Shown here piece by piece: positions 10,128-19,992 of a stretch of 40,758 bases of DNA (its first letter is position 1; the number at the start of each line of letters is the position of its first letter). Where the stretch lies: positions 1 through 40,758 of the forward strand of contig JAXGJB010000021.1 in NCBI GenBank assembly GCA_040770465.1, given 5' to 3'. The notes under the pieces were generated by a model. It ran no database searches. It saw only the letters and a list, made by a program, of their open reading frames with translations, and was not told the DNA's origin. The translations under genes were made by a program, and so were the position numbers. The stretch is from Methanothrix sp. (GTDB lineage: Archaea; Halobacteriota; Methanosarcinia; Methanotrichales; Methanotrichaceae).

Positions 10128-10771
10128 TGATGACTCATAGAATTTCACTGCTCTTGCTTTTTGCTCTCGCAACGATCGCCGGCCCATCAGCGGCTTCGAT
10201 GGCGTATGAGGACTGCAGCTACGTCTCCGAGAGGACCCTCAATTTCGACCCCCCTCAGATCCATGTAATTGATCTATTCGATCCGGATCTGGGAGACCTC
10301 GTCCGGGTCGACGTCAACCTCAGCGTCAACTGGTCAGAGAGCATCAGCTACCACAACCGGGACTCTTACGCCAAGGACGTCAATACCACCACGGATCTGA
10401 ACCTTTTCGTGCAGATGCCCGACGGGTCGGATCTCGGTACAAACTATACCGATCTCGTTCTTCACAACGTCTCGGCTTATAACGGCACCAACCCCCTCAC
10501 CTTCGCCCCTCCCGAGGGTTTCGATTACGAGCAGACGGCTTTCACCTGGGCCACCATCAGCTTCACCGATGATGAAGATCTGAAGGCCTTCACATCGGGG
10601 GAAGATGACGATACGATGGAGCTGTCCATATCCACAGAAAGCATCGTCAAATGCGACGACCGGGGCAACAGGGCCTTTTCCGTCCTCACCTCTGCGGACA
10701 GCCGCCTTTGCGTCAAGTACACTTACAACGCCTCTACGACGATGGCATCGGCGTCAGGGGGGTCCATATGA
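10127..10771 (+). CDS. Secreted ~215-aa protein, choice-of-anchor E-like domain (second copy)
   Basis: Differs from 2607..3251 by one visible residue (CVKYTY vs CVTYTY). Confidence 0.8.
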   Translation: MMTHRISLLLLFALATIAGPSAASMAYEDCSYVSERTLNFDPPQIHVIDLFDPDLGDLVRVDVNLSVNWSESISYHNRDSYAKDVNTTTDLNLFVQMPDGSDLGTNYTDLVLHNVSAYNGTNPLTFAPPEGFDYEQTAFTWATISFTDDEDLKAFTSGEDDDTMELSISTESIVKCDDRGNRAFSVLTSADSRLCVKYTYNASTTMASASGGSI

Positions 10772-11109
10772 TGAGAGCAGTTCCCTCGACATATCCCGAT
10801 ATCGACTTCGATCTCGATCCCTCATCCGTCCCGGATAGAGTGGGCGGGGTTTGGCATCTTTGCGGTTCCATCACGGTCGGTGCGCCGGGTCATGAATTCG
10901 TTCGGGGGTCGAGGTCCCGGAGGTCGGATGCCGGCCTCTCGGATCGATCCGACGTGGAGGCCCCCTCGGAGGCCACATATCATTCTGATAATAAATATTC
11001 AAGATGTATAAAGGGAGCATCAGGCGATTCCTGGGCCTCCATATATCATGTTCGTGTTACAGATGTTCGTGTTACAGACGTTCCTGAATCCGGTGGTGAT
11101 TTGCAATGA
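10768..11109 (+). CDS. 113-aa ORF of unknown function (copy of 3248..3589)
   Basis: Same length, ATGA overlaps at both ends, many amino-acid changes. Confidence 0.4.
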   Translation: MMRAVPSTYPDIDFDLDPSSVPDRVGGVWHLCGSITVGAPGHEFVRGSRSRRSDAGLSDRSDVEAPSEATYHSDNKYSRCIKGASGDSWASIYHVRVTDVRVTDVPESGGDLQ

Positions 11110-14100
11110 ATCTGACAAGATTGCTTTTCGCGATTTTGCTCCTCCTGCTGTTGGTGGGGCAGTCGTCGGCAGTGCTGAGGGAAGAGGTCGACTGCAGCGT
11201 GACCCTGAACAAAACTCTCACTTATACTCCCGCACAAAATCACGTCGTTGACCTCTTCGACCCCGATTTGGGGACCCTGGTCCAGGTCGATGTCAACCTC
11301 AGCATGAACTCGACCCACTTTATAAAGTATCAAAACCGGAACGATGCCCCCAAGACTGTCATGATCACATTGGACTACGGCCTCGGCGTCAACATGCCCA
11401 GCGGCTCGTATCTGGGGGTGGACTTCTATAACGTCAGCAACCATAGCGTTTCGGCTTATGTTGGTCCGCTATATTCTTTTAAGCCACCCGACGGCTTCAA
11501 CTTTACGGGTCGAAACTTCACCAACGTCTCCATCAGCTACACCGACTGTGCCAACCTGTCGGCGTTCACGGCGACGTTCGATGGAGAGACGAAGACCTTC
11601 CCGATCGCGACTTTTAATTTTATAGTTGACAACGACACCGGGGCAAAAGCTACGGATTATGTGGTTTATGCCTTTTCCGAGATGTGCGTCAAGTACACCT
11701 ACGATGATGATAAGCTGAACATCACCAAGACGGGGAACACCACCGGCCCCGCCGGCGTCGGCGACGTCATCGAGTACGAGATCGAGGTCTGTAACCCCAC
11801 CACCGTTACCGTCTACAACGTCACCGTATACGACAGCCTCCTTTCTGGAAGCCCGTTCTTCATAGGGACGATAAACCCGAACAATTGCAGTAACGTCTCC
11901 GTCAGCCTGAACTACACGGTGACCGAGGACGACGTCTGTCGCGGCTGGATCAACAACACCGCCAACGCGACCGGTGAGGACGTCTGCGGTTCCGTCATCG
12001 AGACCGATAGGAACGCCACCTGGAACGTGAGCACGAGCTACAACTCCTCGATCAACATCACCAAGACGGCGAACACCTCAGGTCCTGTCGGAATCAACCA
12101 CACCATCGAATATTACATCCGGGTCTGCAACACGGGGAACGTCACCGTCTACAACATCACGGTCAACGACAGCCTGCTCTCGGGCGATCCGTTCGATATA
12201 GGGGACCTCGATCCAGGCGATTGCAGAAATGTCACTCCCAAGACCTACGTTGTAACCGAAGATGACGCCTGCCGTGGCTGGGTTAACAACACCGCCAACG
12301 CATCAGGCGAGGACTTTTGCGGCGATCCTGTCAGTGCTCAGGCCAACACCACCTGGAACGTGAGCACGCGGTACAACTCCTCGATCAACATCACCAAGAC
12401 GGGGAACACCTCAGGTCCGGTGGGAGTCAACCACACCATCGAGTACTACATCCGGGTCTGCAACACGGGGAACGTCACCGTCTACAACATCACGGTCAAC
12501 GACAGCCTGCTCTCAGGCGACCCGTTCTGGATAGGAACCCTCGATCCAGGCGATTGCAGAAATGTCACTCCCAAGACCTACGTTGTGACCGAAGACGACG
12601 TCTGCCGCGGCTGGGTCAACAACACTGCCAACGCTTCAGGCGACGACTACTGTGGCGATCCTGTCAGAACGACCGATAACGCCACCTGGAACGTGAGCAC
12701 CCGGTACAACTCGTCGATCAACATCACCAAGACGGCCGACACCTCGGGCCCTGTTGGAGTCGATTACGATATCGAGTACTACATCCAGGTCTGTAACACC
12801 GGCAACGTCACGGTCTACAACGTGACGGTGAACGACAGCCTCCTCTCGGGCGACCCGTTCCCGATAGGCACCCTGGCACCCGGCCAGTGCAGAAACGTCA
12901 CACCTAACCCGACCCACCGGGTGACCGAAGACGACGTCTGCCGTGGCTGGGTCAACAACACCGCCAACGCATCAGGCGACGACCACTGCGGCGATCCTGT
13001 TGAGACCACTGCCAACGGGACCTGGAACGTCAGCACCCGGTACAACTCCTCGATCAACATCACCAAGACGGCCGACACCTCGGGCCCTGTTGGCCTCGAT
13101 TACGATATCGAGTACTACATCCAGGTCTGCAACACCGGCAACGTCACGGTCTACAACGTGACGGTGAATGACAGCCTTCTATCGGGCGACCCGTTCCCGA
13201 TAGGAACGCTGACACCAGGCCAGTGCAGAAACGTCACACCTAACCCGACCCACCGAGTGACCGAAGACGACGTCTGCCGCGGCTGGGTCAACAACACCGC
13301 CAACGCATCAGGCGACGACCACTGCGGTGACCCGGTCGAGACTGACGCTAACGCCACATGGAACGTCAGCACCCGGTACAACTCTTCGATCAACATCACC
13401 AAGACGGCCGACACCTCGGGCCCTGTTGGAGTCGATTACGATATCGAGTACTACATCCAGGTCTGCAACACCGGTAACGTCACGGTCTACAACGTGACGG
13501 TGAACGACAGCCTCCTCTCAGGCGATCCGTTCCCGATAGGAACGCTGACACCAGGCCAGTGCAGTAACGTCACACCTAACCCGATCCACCGGGTGACTGA
13601 AGACGACGTCTGCCGGGGCTGGGTTAACAACACCGCCAACGCTGCAGGCGACGACCACTGCGGCGATCCTGTTGAGACCACGGCCAACGGGACCTGGAAC
13701 GTCAGCACTCGGTACAACTCTTCGATCGCCATCACCAAGACTGCCGACACGTCGGGACCTGTTGGTCTCGATTACGATATCGAGTACTACATCCAGGTCT
13801 GCAACACCGGGAACGTCACGGTCTACAACGTGACGGTGAACGACAGCCTCCTCTCGGGAGATCCGTTCCCGATAGGCACCCTCTCGCCAGGCCAGTGCAG
13901 AAACGTCACACCTAACCCGATCCACCGGGTGACCGAAGACGACGTCTGCCGCGGCTGGGTCAACAACACCGCCAACGCTGCAGGCGACGACCACTGCGGC
14001 GATCCTGTCAGAACGACCGATAACGCCACCTGGAACGTCAGCACCCGGTACAACTCTTCGATCAACATCACCAAGACTGCCGACACTTCAGGTCCGGTTG

Positions 14101-17100
14101 GTCTCGATTACGATATCGAGTACTACATCCAGGTCTGTAACACCGGCAACGTCACGGTCTACAACGTGACGGTGAACGACAGCCTCCTCTCAGGCGACCC
14201 GTTCCCGATAGGCACCCTCTCACCAGGCCAGTGCAGAAACGTCACACCTAACCCGACCCACCGGGTGACCGAAGACGACGTCTGCCGCGGCTGGGTCAAC
14301 AACACCGCCAACGCTGCAGGCGACGACCACTGCGGCGATCCTGTTGAGACCACGGCCAACGGGACCTGGAACGTCAGCACCCGGTACAACTCTTCGATCA
14401 ACATCACCAAGACTGCCGACACGTCAGGCCCTGTTGGTCTCGATTACGATATCGAGTACTACATCCAGGTCTGCAACACCGGCAACGTCACGGTCTACAA
14501 CGTGACGGTGAACGACAGCCTCCTCTCGGGAGATCCGTTCCCGATAGGCACCCTCGCACCCGGCCAGTGCAGTAACGTCACACCTAACCCGATCCACCGG
14601 GTGACTGAAGACGACGTCTGCCGGGGCTGGGTCAACAACACGGCCAACGCTGCAGGCGACGACCACTGCGGCGATCCAGTGGAGACCACGGCCAACGGGA
14701 CCTGGAACGTCAGCACTCGGTACAACTCTTCGATCAACATCACCAAGACGGCGAACACCTCAGGTCCGGTGGGAGTCGACCACACCATCGAGTACTACAT
14801 CCGGGTCTGCAATACGGGCAACGTCACGGTCTACAACGTGACGGTGAACGACAGCCTGCTCTCAGGCGACCCGTTCCCGATAGGAACGCTAACACCAGGC
14901 CAGTGCAGAAACGTCACTCCCAAGACCTACGTTGTCACTGAAAACGACGTCTGCCGGGGCTGGGTCAACAACACCGCCGATGCTTCAGGCGACGACCACT
15001 GCGGCGATCCTGTTGAGACCACTGCCAACGGGACCTGGAACGTGAGGACGACCTACGACTCGTCTCTGAACATCACCAAGACTGGGAACACAACAGGTCC
15101 GGTGGGAGCCGACCACACCATCGAGTACTACATCCGGGTCTGCAACACGGGGAACGTCACGGTCTACAACGTGACTGTCAACGACAGCCTTCTATCGGGC
15201 GATCCGTTCCCGATAGGCACCCTCGCACCAGGCCAGTGCAGAAACGTCACTCCCAAGACCTACGTTGTGACCGAAGACGACGTCTGCCGGGGCTGGGTTA
15301 ACAACACGGCCAATGCTGCGGGCGACGACCACTGCGGCGATCCTGTTGAGACCACGGCAAACGCTACCTGGAACGTGAGGACGACCTACAGCTCGTCTCT
15401 GAACATCACCAAGACTGGGAACACAACAGGTCCGGTGGGAGTCGGCCACACCATCGAGTACTACATCCGTGTCTGCAACACTGGCAGCGTCACCGTCGAG
15501 AACGTGAAGGTCAACGACAGCCTTCTTTCAGGCGACCCGTTCCAGATAGGCGACCTCGATCCAGGCGAGTGCAGAAACGTCACTCCCAAGACCTACGTTG
15601 TGACTGATAACGACGTCTGCCGCGGCTGGGTTAACAACACCGCCGATGCAGCGGGCATCGACCACTGCGGCGATCCTGTCAGGACTCTGGTCAACGGGAC
15701 CTGGAGTGTCATGACGACCTACAGCTCGTCTCTGATCATCGACAAGACCGCGAACACCTCGGGCCCCGTCACCACGAATGACACGATCAGGTATACGATC
15801 AACGTCACAAACACGGGTAACGTGAACCTGACCGGGGTGCACATCGTGGACGATCTCGTGCCCCTCTTCTGGGTAATACCCGATCCTCTGGAACCCGGTG
15901 AGATGGAGACCCGCACGTTCGACTACCACGTCACCGACGCCGACCTCACCGCCGGCGAGATCGTCAACAACGCCACGGTCAACGGCACCGATCCGTGCGG
16001 CAACGATCTTGAAGCGGAAGATAATGTGACCATCACGACGATCAAATACTGCATCGACGGCCACAAGTTCGACTACTACGGAAGTCCCCTCGATAACTGG
16101 ACGATATTCATCGACCGGAACAACGATGGGAAACTCACCGCCGGCGAGCCGAATGACACCACCGACGTGAACGGTTTCTGGGAGATCTGCAACCTCAATC
16201 CCGGCATCGGATACAAGGTATGTGAAGATCTTGAAGGTCTGAACGGCAACTGGACGCCGATCAATCCTCCGGACGGCTGCCATTACAACGTGACAGCACC
16301 CAACCATAACGTGGACTTCGTCAACGACCAGAGGAACCTCACCATAGTGAAGACGGCCGACAAGTATGAGGTAAAAGAGTGCGACGAGGTCACCTACACC
16401 ATCCGCGTCTATAACGGCGGCGGAGCTTCGGTCGGAAACGTCACCGTCTGGGACATCTTCAACAGGTACGTCGAGATCCTCTCGATGTCACCGGCTCCCG
16501 GCCCCGACGGCAAATGGCACTTCGCCTCGATCCCGGCAGGCGAATACGCCGTGATAACGATCAGGATCAAAGTTCCCGAACGTCAGGACTTCGAGTTCGG
16601 GATGGAACAAGGAGTCAGCGGCGAAGGTTTCGTCAACGTCGCCAACGACTACAGCACGACCTTCGAAGAGTACCTGATCAAGAACTGCGCCTACGCCACC
16701 AGCGACTGGAACGTCGACCCCATCTCGTCTTGCATCTGCGTGACTGTTGGAGCCGATATGGGCACCGAGCTTGAGACCCGCGAGTACGGAAGCGGCCGCT
16801 ACGACAGCGAAGAGAAGGTCGACGTCTACACCGAGAACAAGTCGATCGAGTGGGAGGAGGACGTCTCAGCCGGCTACAATCCCACGACCCTGACTTTGTA
16901 CAACAACCGGACCGTCTCCTACGACTCGGCCTGGGTCAAGAAGGCTCGGGCGAAGAACTACGTCACAGGGGCCTCTATGTCCGAGACCTACCACGACGCC
17001 GCATGGCTGGACCGTGAGTCGAGGATCTTCCTCGACGAGAACGAGTCGGTTATGGCGGTCGAGAGCGAGTTCGACGGCCGGGGCCACATAGGTTTCTTGA

Positions 17101-18551
17101 AGCTTCCGACGAACACCTCGCCCCGCCAGACGACACCGCTATTCGAGGCGACCGAGGACTATACAGGCAGCTTCAAGGTTGTGGAGAAGGTCGACGAGTA
17201 CGGGTCGGCCGTCACCTCTGAGAAGGCCGCCTCAGGCTCGGGCCTCGTCGTCGTCGATAAACGGGTCGGCGACAGCCAGAGGTCCTACGAGTCGGGCGCG
17301 GGCAGCTACGACTCCGAGGAGCTGATCGAGACCTACACGAGCTACATCGCCAAAGACATCAGCGTCGTCAACTCGCCGATGAACCAGTCCCTCACTGATG
17401 ACGTCTCGATCAACAGCTCGATGAAGTGGAAGGAGGGGATGTATTCCAAGGTGCCAGAGACGAGCTTCATCGGCGAGGAGTACACCTCGATAACGGAGCT
17501 CGACAAGGAGACGGTGGCCAAGGGCCTGAACGAGATGGACACGTTGGCGAACTTCTCCGGGCAAGCTCGGTACCGAGCGATCCTCAAGGACGAGGTCGAC
17601 TTCGATGAGTCTTACTCCGGAGACTACTCGGTCGAGCGGCGTGTGATGTTCACCGGGACGGCTAAGTACGACCGGCCGCACCTGAACGTCACCAAGACCC
17701 TCGACGGCATCGCCGAGGAGAAGGAAGATTGTGATGCTGGAAACTGCAGCAAGACGAAGTACATAGCGACCTACACCATAACAATCGAGAACGACGGGAA
17801 CGCCGCCCTGGGACCGATATACGTTAAAGACTTCTTCCCGCCGGGAGCGGTCTTCGATGAGCCGTCGTCGCTCCGACCGACTGAGTTGACTGAGACGAGC
17901 GCCAACTGGACTCTGACGCACCTTGCGATAGGCGACGTGGCGACGATCACTCTGAAGCTTGACGTGGCGAAGTACTATCCGTCTGAGCTGGTTAATAGAG
18001 TCGAGGTCTGCGGCGGTTACGGCGACGTTTGGGTCTGCGCCTCGAACTTCAGCGCGCTCGAGCTGAACTGGCTCAGCTGCTGTCTCGACGAGCCGGTCTC
18101 GGCCACGAAGACGGCGGAGGTCGACGACGCTGACCCTGACGTTGTCTGGTACAGGATCGATATCAAGAACAACGACAACGTCACCCGGGCGGCGACTGTG
18201 ACCGATCATCTCCCCGAGGGGATGGTTCTGCTCGACAGCATGGTCCCCTTCGCATCTTACAACGGCAGCACCATCACCTGGAACCTGATCGATATAGGAC
18301 CTTTTGAGACGGTTACGATCCCCTATCGGGTATCGGTCCAGCATCCCGGAAGGTTCGTCAACTCAGTATTGGTCGACGCCAGATCCGTCGACGGTCCCGT
18401 TGTTCAGCCGATCCGGGCGAGCTCGACGGTCGAGGTCGGCGAGCCTTCGGAGTGCGAGTCCACAGCCTGCGGGCTGTGGAGCCCGCCCAACTGGGAGTTC
18501 GAGTATGTCGGAAGCTATTCGGGCGACCTGACCTGCGCGGATCTGAGCTGA
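11106..18551 (+). CDS. Giant secreted surface glycoprotein, copy 3 (2481 aa): signal peptide, choice-of-anchor E-like domain, 13 DUF11/DUF7507-like, 1 SdrD-B-like, conserved C-terminal block
   Basis: Long ORF, signal peptide, (S)INITKT...YYI.VCNTGNVT...V.D.L...NTA.A.G repeats. Confidence 0.9.
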   Translation: MNLTRLLFAILLLLLLVGQSSAVLREEVDCSVTLNKTLTYTPAQNHVVDLFDPDLGTLVQVDVNLSMNSTHFIKYQNRNDAPKTVMITLDYGLGVNMPSGSYLGVDFYNVSNHSVSAYVGPLYSFKPPDGFNFTGRNFTNVSISYTDCANLSAFTATFDGETKTFPIATFNFIVDNDTGAKATDYVVYAFSEMCVKYTYDDDKLNITKTGNTTGPAGVGDVIEYEIEVCNPTTVTVYNVTVYDSLLSGSPFFIGTINPNNCSNVSVSLNYTVTEDDVCRGWINNTANATGEDVCGSVIETDRNATWNVSTSYNSSINITKTANTSGPVGINHTIEYYIRVCNTGNVTVYNITVNDSLLSGDPFDIGDLDPGDCRNVTPKTYVVTEDDACRGWVNNTANASGEDFCGDPVSAQANTTWNVSTRYNSSINITKTGNTSGPVGVNHTIEYYIRVCNTGNVTVYNITVNDSLLSGDPFWIGTLDPGDCRNVTPKTYVVTEDDVCRGWVNNTANASGDDYCGDPVRTTDNATWNVSTRYNSSINITKTADTSGPVGVDYDIEYYIQVCNTGNVTVYNVTVNDSLLSGDPFPIGTLAPGQCRNVTPNPTHRVTEDDVCRGWVNNTANASGDDHCGDPVETTANGTWNVSTRYNSSINITKTADTSGPVGLDYDIEYYIQVCNTGNVTVYNVTVNDSLLSGDPFPIGTLTPGQCRNVTPNPTHRVTEDDVCRGWVNNTANASGDDHCGDPVETDANATWNVSTRYNSSINITKTADTSGPVGVDYDIEYYIQVCNTGNVTVYNVTVNDSLLSGDPFPIGTLTPGQCSNVTPNPIHRVTEDDVCRGWVNNTANAAGDDHCGDPVETTANGTWNVSTRYNSSIAITKTADTSGPVGLDYDIEYYIQVCNTGNVTVYNVTVNDSLLSGDPFPIGTLSPGQCRNVTPNPIHRVTEDDVCRGWVNNTANAAGDDHCGDPVRTTDNATWNVSTRYNSSINITKTADTSGPVGLDYDIEYYIQVCNTGNVTVYNVTVNDSLLSGDPFPIGTLSPGQCRNVTPNPTHRVTEDDVCRGWVNNTANAAGDDHCGDPVETTANGTWNVSTRYNSSINITKTADTSGPVGLDYDIEYYIQVCNTGNVTVYNVTVNDSLLSGDPFPIGTLAPGQCSNVTPNPIHRVTEDDVCRGWVNNTANAAGDDHCGDPVETTANGTWNVSTRYNSSINITKTANTSGPVGVDHTIEYYIRVCNTGNVTVYNVTVNDSLLSGDPFPIGTLTPGQCRNVTPKTYVVTENDVCRGWVNNTADASGDDHCGDPVETTANGTWNVRTTYDSSLNITKTGNTTGPVGADHTIEYYIRVCNTGNVTVYNVTVNDSLLSGDPFPIGTLAPGQCRNVTPKTYVVTEDDVCRGWVNNTANAAGDDHCGDPVETTANATWNVRTTYSSSLNITKTGNTTGPVGVGHTIEYYIRVCNTGSVTVENVKVNDSLLSGDPFQIGDLDPGECRNVTPKTYVVTDNDVCRGWVNNTADAAGIDHCGDPVRTLVNGTWSVMTTYSSSLIIDKTANTSGPVTTNDTIRYTINVTNTGNVNLTGVHIVDDLVPLFWVIPDPLEPGEMETRTFDYHVTDADLTAGEIVNNATVNGTDPCGNDLEAEDNVTITTIKYCIDGHKFDYYGSPLDNWTIFIDRNNDGKLTAGEPNDTTDVNGFWEICNLNPGIGYKVCEDLEGLNGNWTPINPPDGCHYNVTAPNHNVDFVNDQRNLTIVKTADKYEVKECDEVTYTIRVYNGGGASVGNVTVWDIFNRYVEILSMSPAPGPDGKWHFASIPAGEYAVITIRIKVPERQDFEFGMEQGVSGEGFVNVANDYSTTFEEYLIKNCAYATSDWNVDPISSCICVTVGADMGTELETREYGSGRYDSEEKVDVYTENKSIEWEEDVSAGYNPTTLTLYNNRTVSYDSAWVKKARAKNYVTGASMSETYHDAAWLDRESRIFLDENESVMAVESEFDGRGHIGFLKLPTNTSPRQTTPLFEATEDYTGSFKVVEKVDEYGSAVTSEKAASGSGLVVVDKRVGDSQRSYESGAGSYDSEELIETYTSYIAKDISVVNSPMNQSLTDDVSINSSMKWKEGMYSKVPETSFIGEEYTSITELDKETVAKGLNEMDTLANFSGQARYRAILKDEVDFDESYSGDYSVERRVMFTGTAKYDRPHLNVTKTLDGIAEEKEDCDAGNCSKTKYIATYTITIENDGNAALGPIYVKDFFPPGAVFDEPSSLRPTELTETSANWTLTHLAIGDVATITLKLDVAKYYPSELVNRVEVCGGYGDVWVCASNFSALELNWLSCCLDEPVSATKTAEVDDADPDVVWYRIDIKNNDNVTRAATVTDHLPEGMVLLDSMVPFASYNGSTITWNLIDIGPFETVTIPYRVSVQHPGRFVNSVLVDARSVDGPVVQPIRASSTVEVGEPSECESTACGLWSPPNWEFEYVGSYSGDLTCADLS
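11715..16045 (+). repeat. Thirteen 333/336-bp in-frame tandem repeats
   Basis: ITK/IDK codons start at 11721, 12057, 12390, 12723, 13059, 13395, 13731, 14067, 14403, 14739, 15072, 15405, 15738. Confidence 0.92.
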
Positions 18552-18581
18552 ATGATCTGAGCTGAACCGAGGGAGGCCTTT

Positions 18582-18623
18582 GCCCCGCGGCCTCGAACGA
18601 GGGCGGGGCCGTTACATTTTTTC
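18582..18623 (+). terminator. Hairpin plus oligo-T after giant gene copy 3
   Basis: Same hairpin followed by acatttttt. Confidence 0.6.
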
Positions 18624-18685
18624 AACTCGACTATTTCTTCCATCCAGAGGAAAGCCATATACCGTTGCAGGTAGAACTTCCGCTC

Positions 18686-19168
18686 ATGATCAGGGGAAAG
18701 GCATGGGTCTATGGGGACGATGTGGACACCGACGTCATAATCCCCGGCCCCTACCTCAGGACCAAGGACGTAAAGGAGCTGGCATGCCACGCCATGGAGG
18801 GGCTGGACCCGGAGTTTGCAGAGAAGGTGAGGCCGGGGGACGTCATCGTCGCCGGCAAGAACTTCGGCTGCGGCTCATCCCGGGAGCAGGCGCCTCTGGC
18901 CCTCCGGGAGGCGGGGGTCTCTTGCGTTGTGGCAAAGTCCTTTGCGCGGATATTCTACCGGAACGCCATCAATGTCGGCCTCCCGGTGGTGGAGGCAGAC
19001 GTGGTCTGTAGGCAGGGGGACGAGGTGGAGGTGAACCTCTCGGATGGGACGGTGACCGTCGGTGGCAGGACCTTCTCTGGGACGAAGCTTCCAGACTTCC
19101 TCCTTGAGATCCTCCAGGACGGAGGGCTTGTCCCCCATCGGAGAAAGGAGAAGGAAGGAGCGCTTTGA
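18686..19168 (+). CDS. hacB: LeuD-family aconitase small subunit, probably methanogen homoaconitase small subunit
   Basis: [41 protein letters not shown]. The YLRT loop is the motif reported for homoaconitase (AksE) rather than isopropylmalate isomerase. Confidence 0.8.
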   Translation: MIRGKAWVYGDDVDTDVIIPGPYLRTKDVKELACHAMEGLDPEFAEKVRPGDVIVAGKNFGCGSSREQAPLALREAGVSCVVAKSFARIFYRNAINVGLPVVEADVVCRQGDEVEVNLSDGTVTVGGRTFSGTKLPDFLLEILQDGGLVPHRRKEKEGAL

Positions 19169-19992
19169 TCTTCCCTGAGGACTACAAGTACGTGGGGGCG
19201 GCCGGCGAGGCGAGGCCCGGAGACCCCATCTACTTCTCCACCAGGTTTCTGATCCACTTCGGGGACGAAACCACCATCTACGCGGTGGAGGCAAAGCCCG
19301 GTAGGGGATTTATGAGACCGGTGAAGTCGATGGAGCCGATCGCCAGCGGGGGCACAATCCTGGTCTACCCTGAGACGGTGGACACCAGGAACCGGGCGAT
19401 GCTCATAGAGCTTGCAAGCTCCCTCTGCGAGGGGAGGGTGAAGACGGTGATCTTTCGGGGCCCTGACGAGCACATCACCTTCGTCCACGATCCCGACCCC
19501 TCCGCCATAACCGAGATCGAGATCCTGGACGTCGTCCCGCCGCGACCGTCGTGGCTGGCGAGCGTCATCGAGAAGCTGGTGGAGGCCGGAGTCCTGGGAG
19601 ACCTGACTTTGAAGTTCAAGGAGAGGGTCCTGGACCTCAGCAGGTTCAACGGCGAAGACGTCTACTTCCCATGCACCGCCTCGGGGCTGGGCAGGTCTCT
19701 GGATAGAGATCATGTCGACGTCGACGACCCCCTGATCGTCGGCTGCGAGGTCTCCAGGGAGGTCTTCAGGGATATGTACCCCGGAAAGGTGAACAGATTT
19801 CTGAACACCTGCCCTCTCTCCAATAATGAGCTTGCACCGAAGGGGCCCTTCATCACCAGGTGCTGCAAGTCGGAGAGGAGGGGGATCAGAAGGTCCGGGG
19901 GCCATCTGGGGGTCGTCGTCCACTGGGGGGACGGTGCCCCGAAGATCGCGGAGGCTATAAGATGTCTGGCAGAAGAGCTGAAAAGAGGGTAG
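19165..19992 (+). CDS. Cys-rich protein of unknown function
   Basis: TTG start overlapping the hacB stop with an AAGGAG RBS; typical codon usage; FPC, VGC, NTCP, RCC and VVHWG motifs. Confidence 0.85.
   Translation: MIFPEDYKYVGAAGEARPGDPIYFSTRFLIHFGDETTIYAVEAKPGRGFMRPVKSMEPIASGGTILVYPETVDTRNRAMLIELASSLCEGRVKTVIFRGPDEHITFVHDPDPSAITEIEILDVVPPRPSWLASVIEKLVEAGVLGDLTLKFKERVLDLSRFNGEDVYFPCTASGLGRSLDRDHVDVDDPLIVGCEVSREVFRDMYPGKVNRFLNTCPLSNNELAPKGPFITRCCKSERRGIRRSGGHLGVVVHWGDGAPKIAEAIRCLAEELKRG

Larger units (their letters stand above)
9041..18610 (+). repeat. Tandem cassette unit 3 (~9570 bp)
   Basis: Same order of elements as unit 2; similarity ends just after the hairpin near 18610. Confidence 0.9.

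Noticed and set aside
3586-11720. Diversity-generating retroelement TR/VR pair among the near-identical copies
   Set aside because: Differences are not adenine-specific and no reverse transcriptase is present in the window.
12815-14788. Repeated 87-aa minus-strand ORFs
   Set aside because: Antisense shadows of the coding repeats.
11715-16045. CRISPR-like periodic array
   Set aside because: Units are 333/336 bp, in frame and coding, with no unique spacers and no cas genes.
17232-18344. Long antisense ORFs (also 467-1255, 18955-19923, 21649-22431, 37580-38458)
   Set aside because: Opposite well-supported genes; expected from high-GC codon bias.
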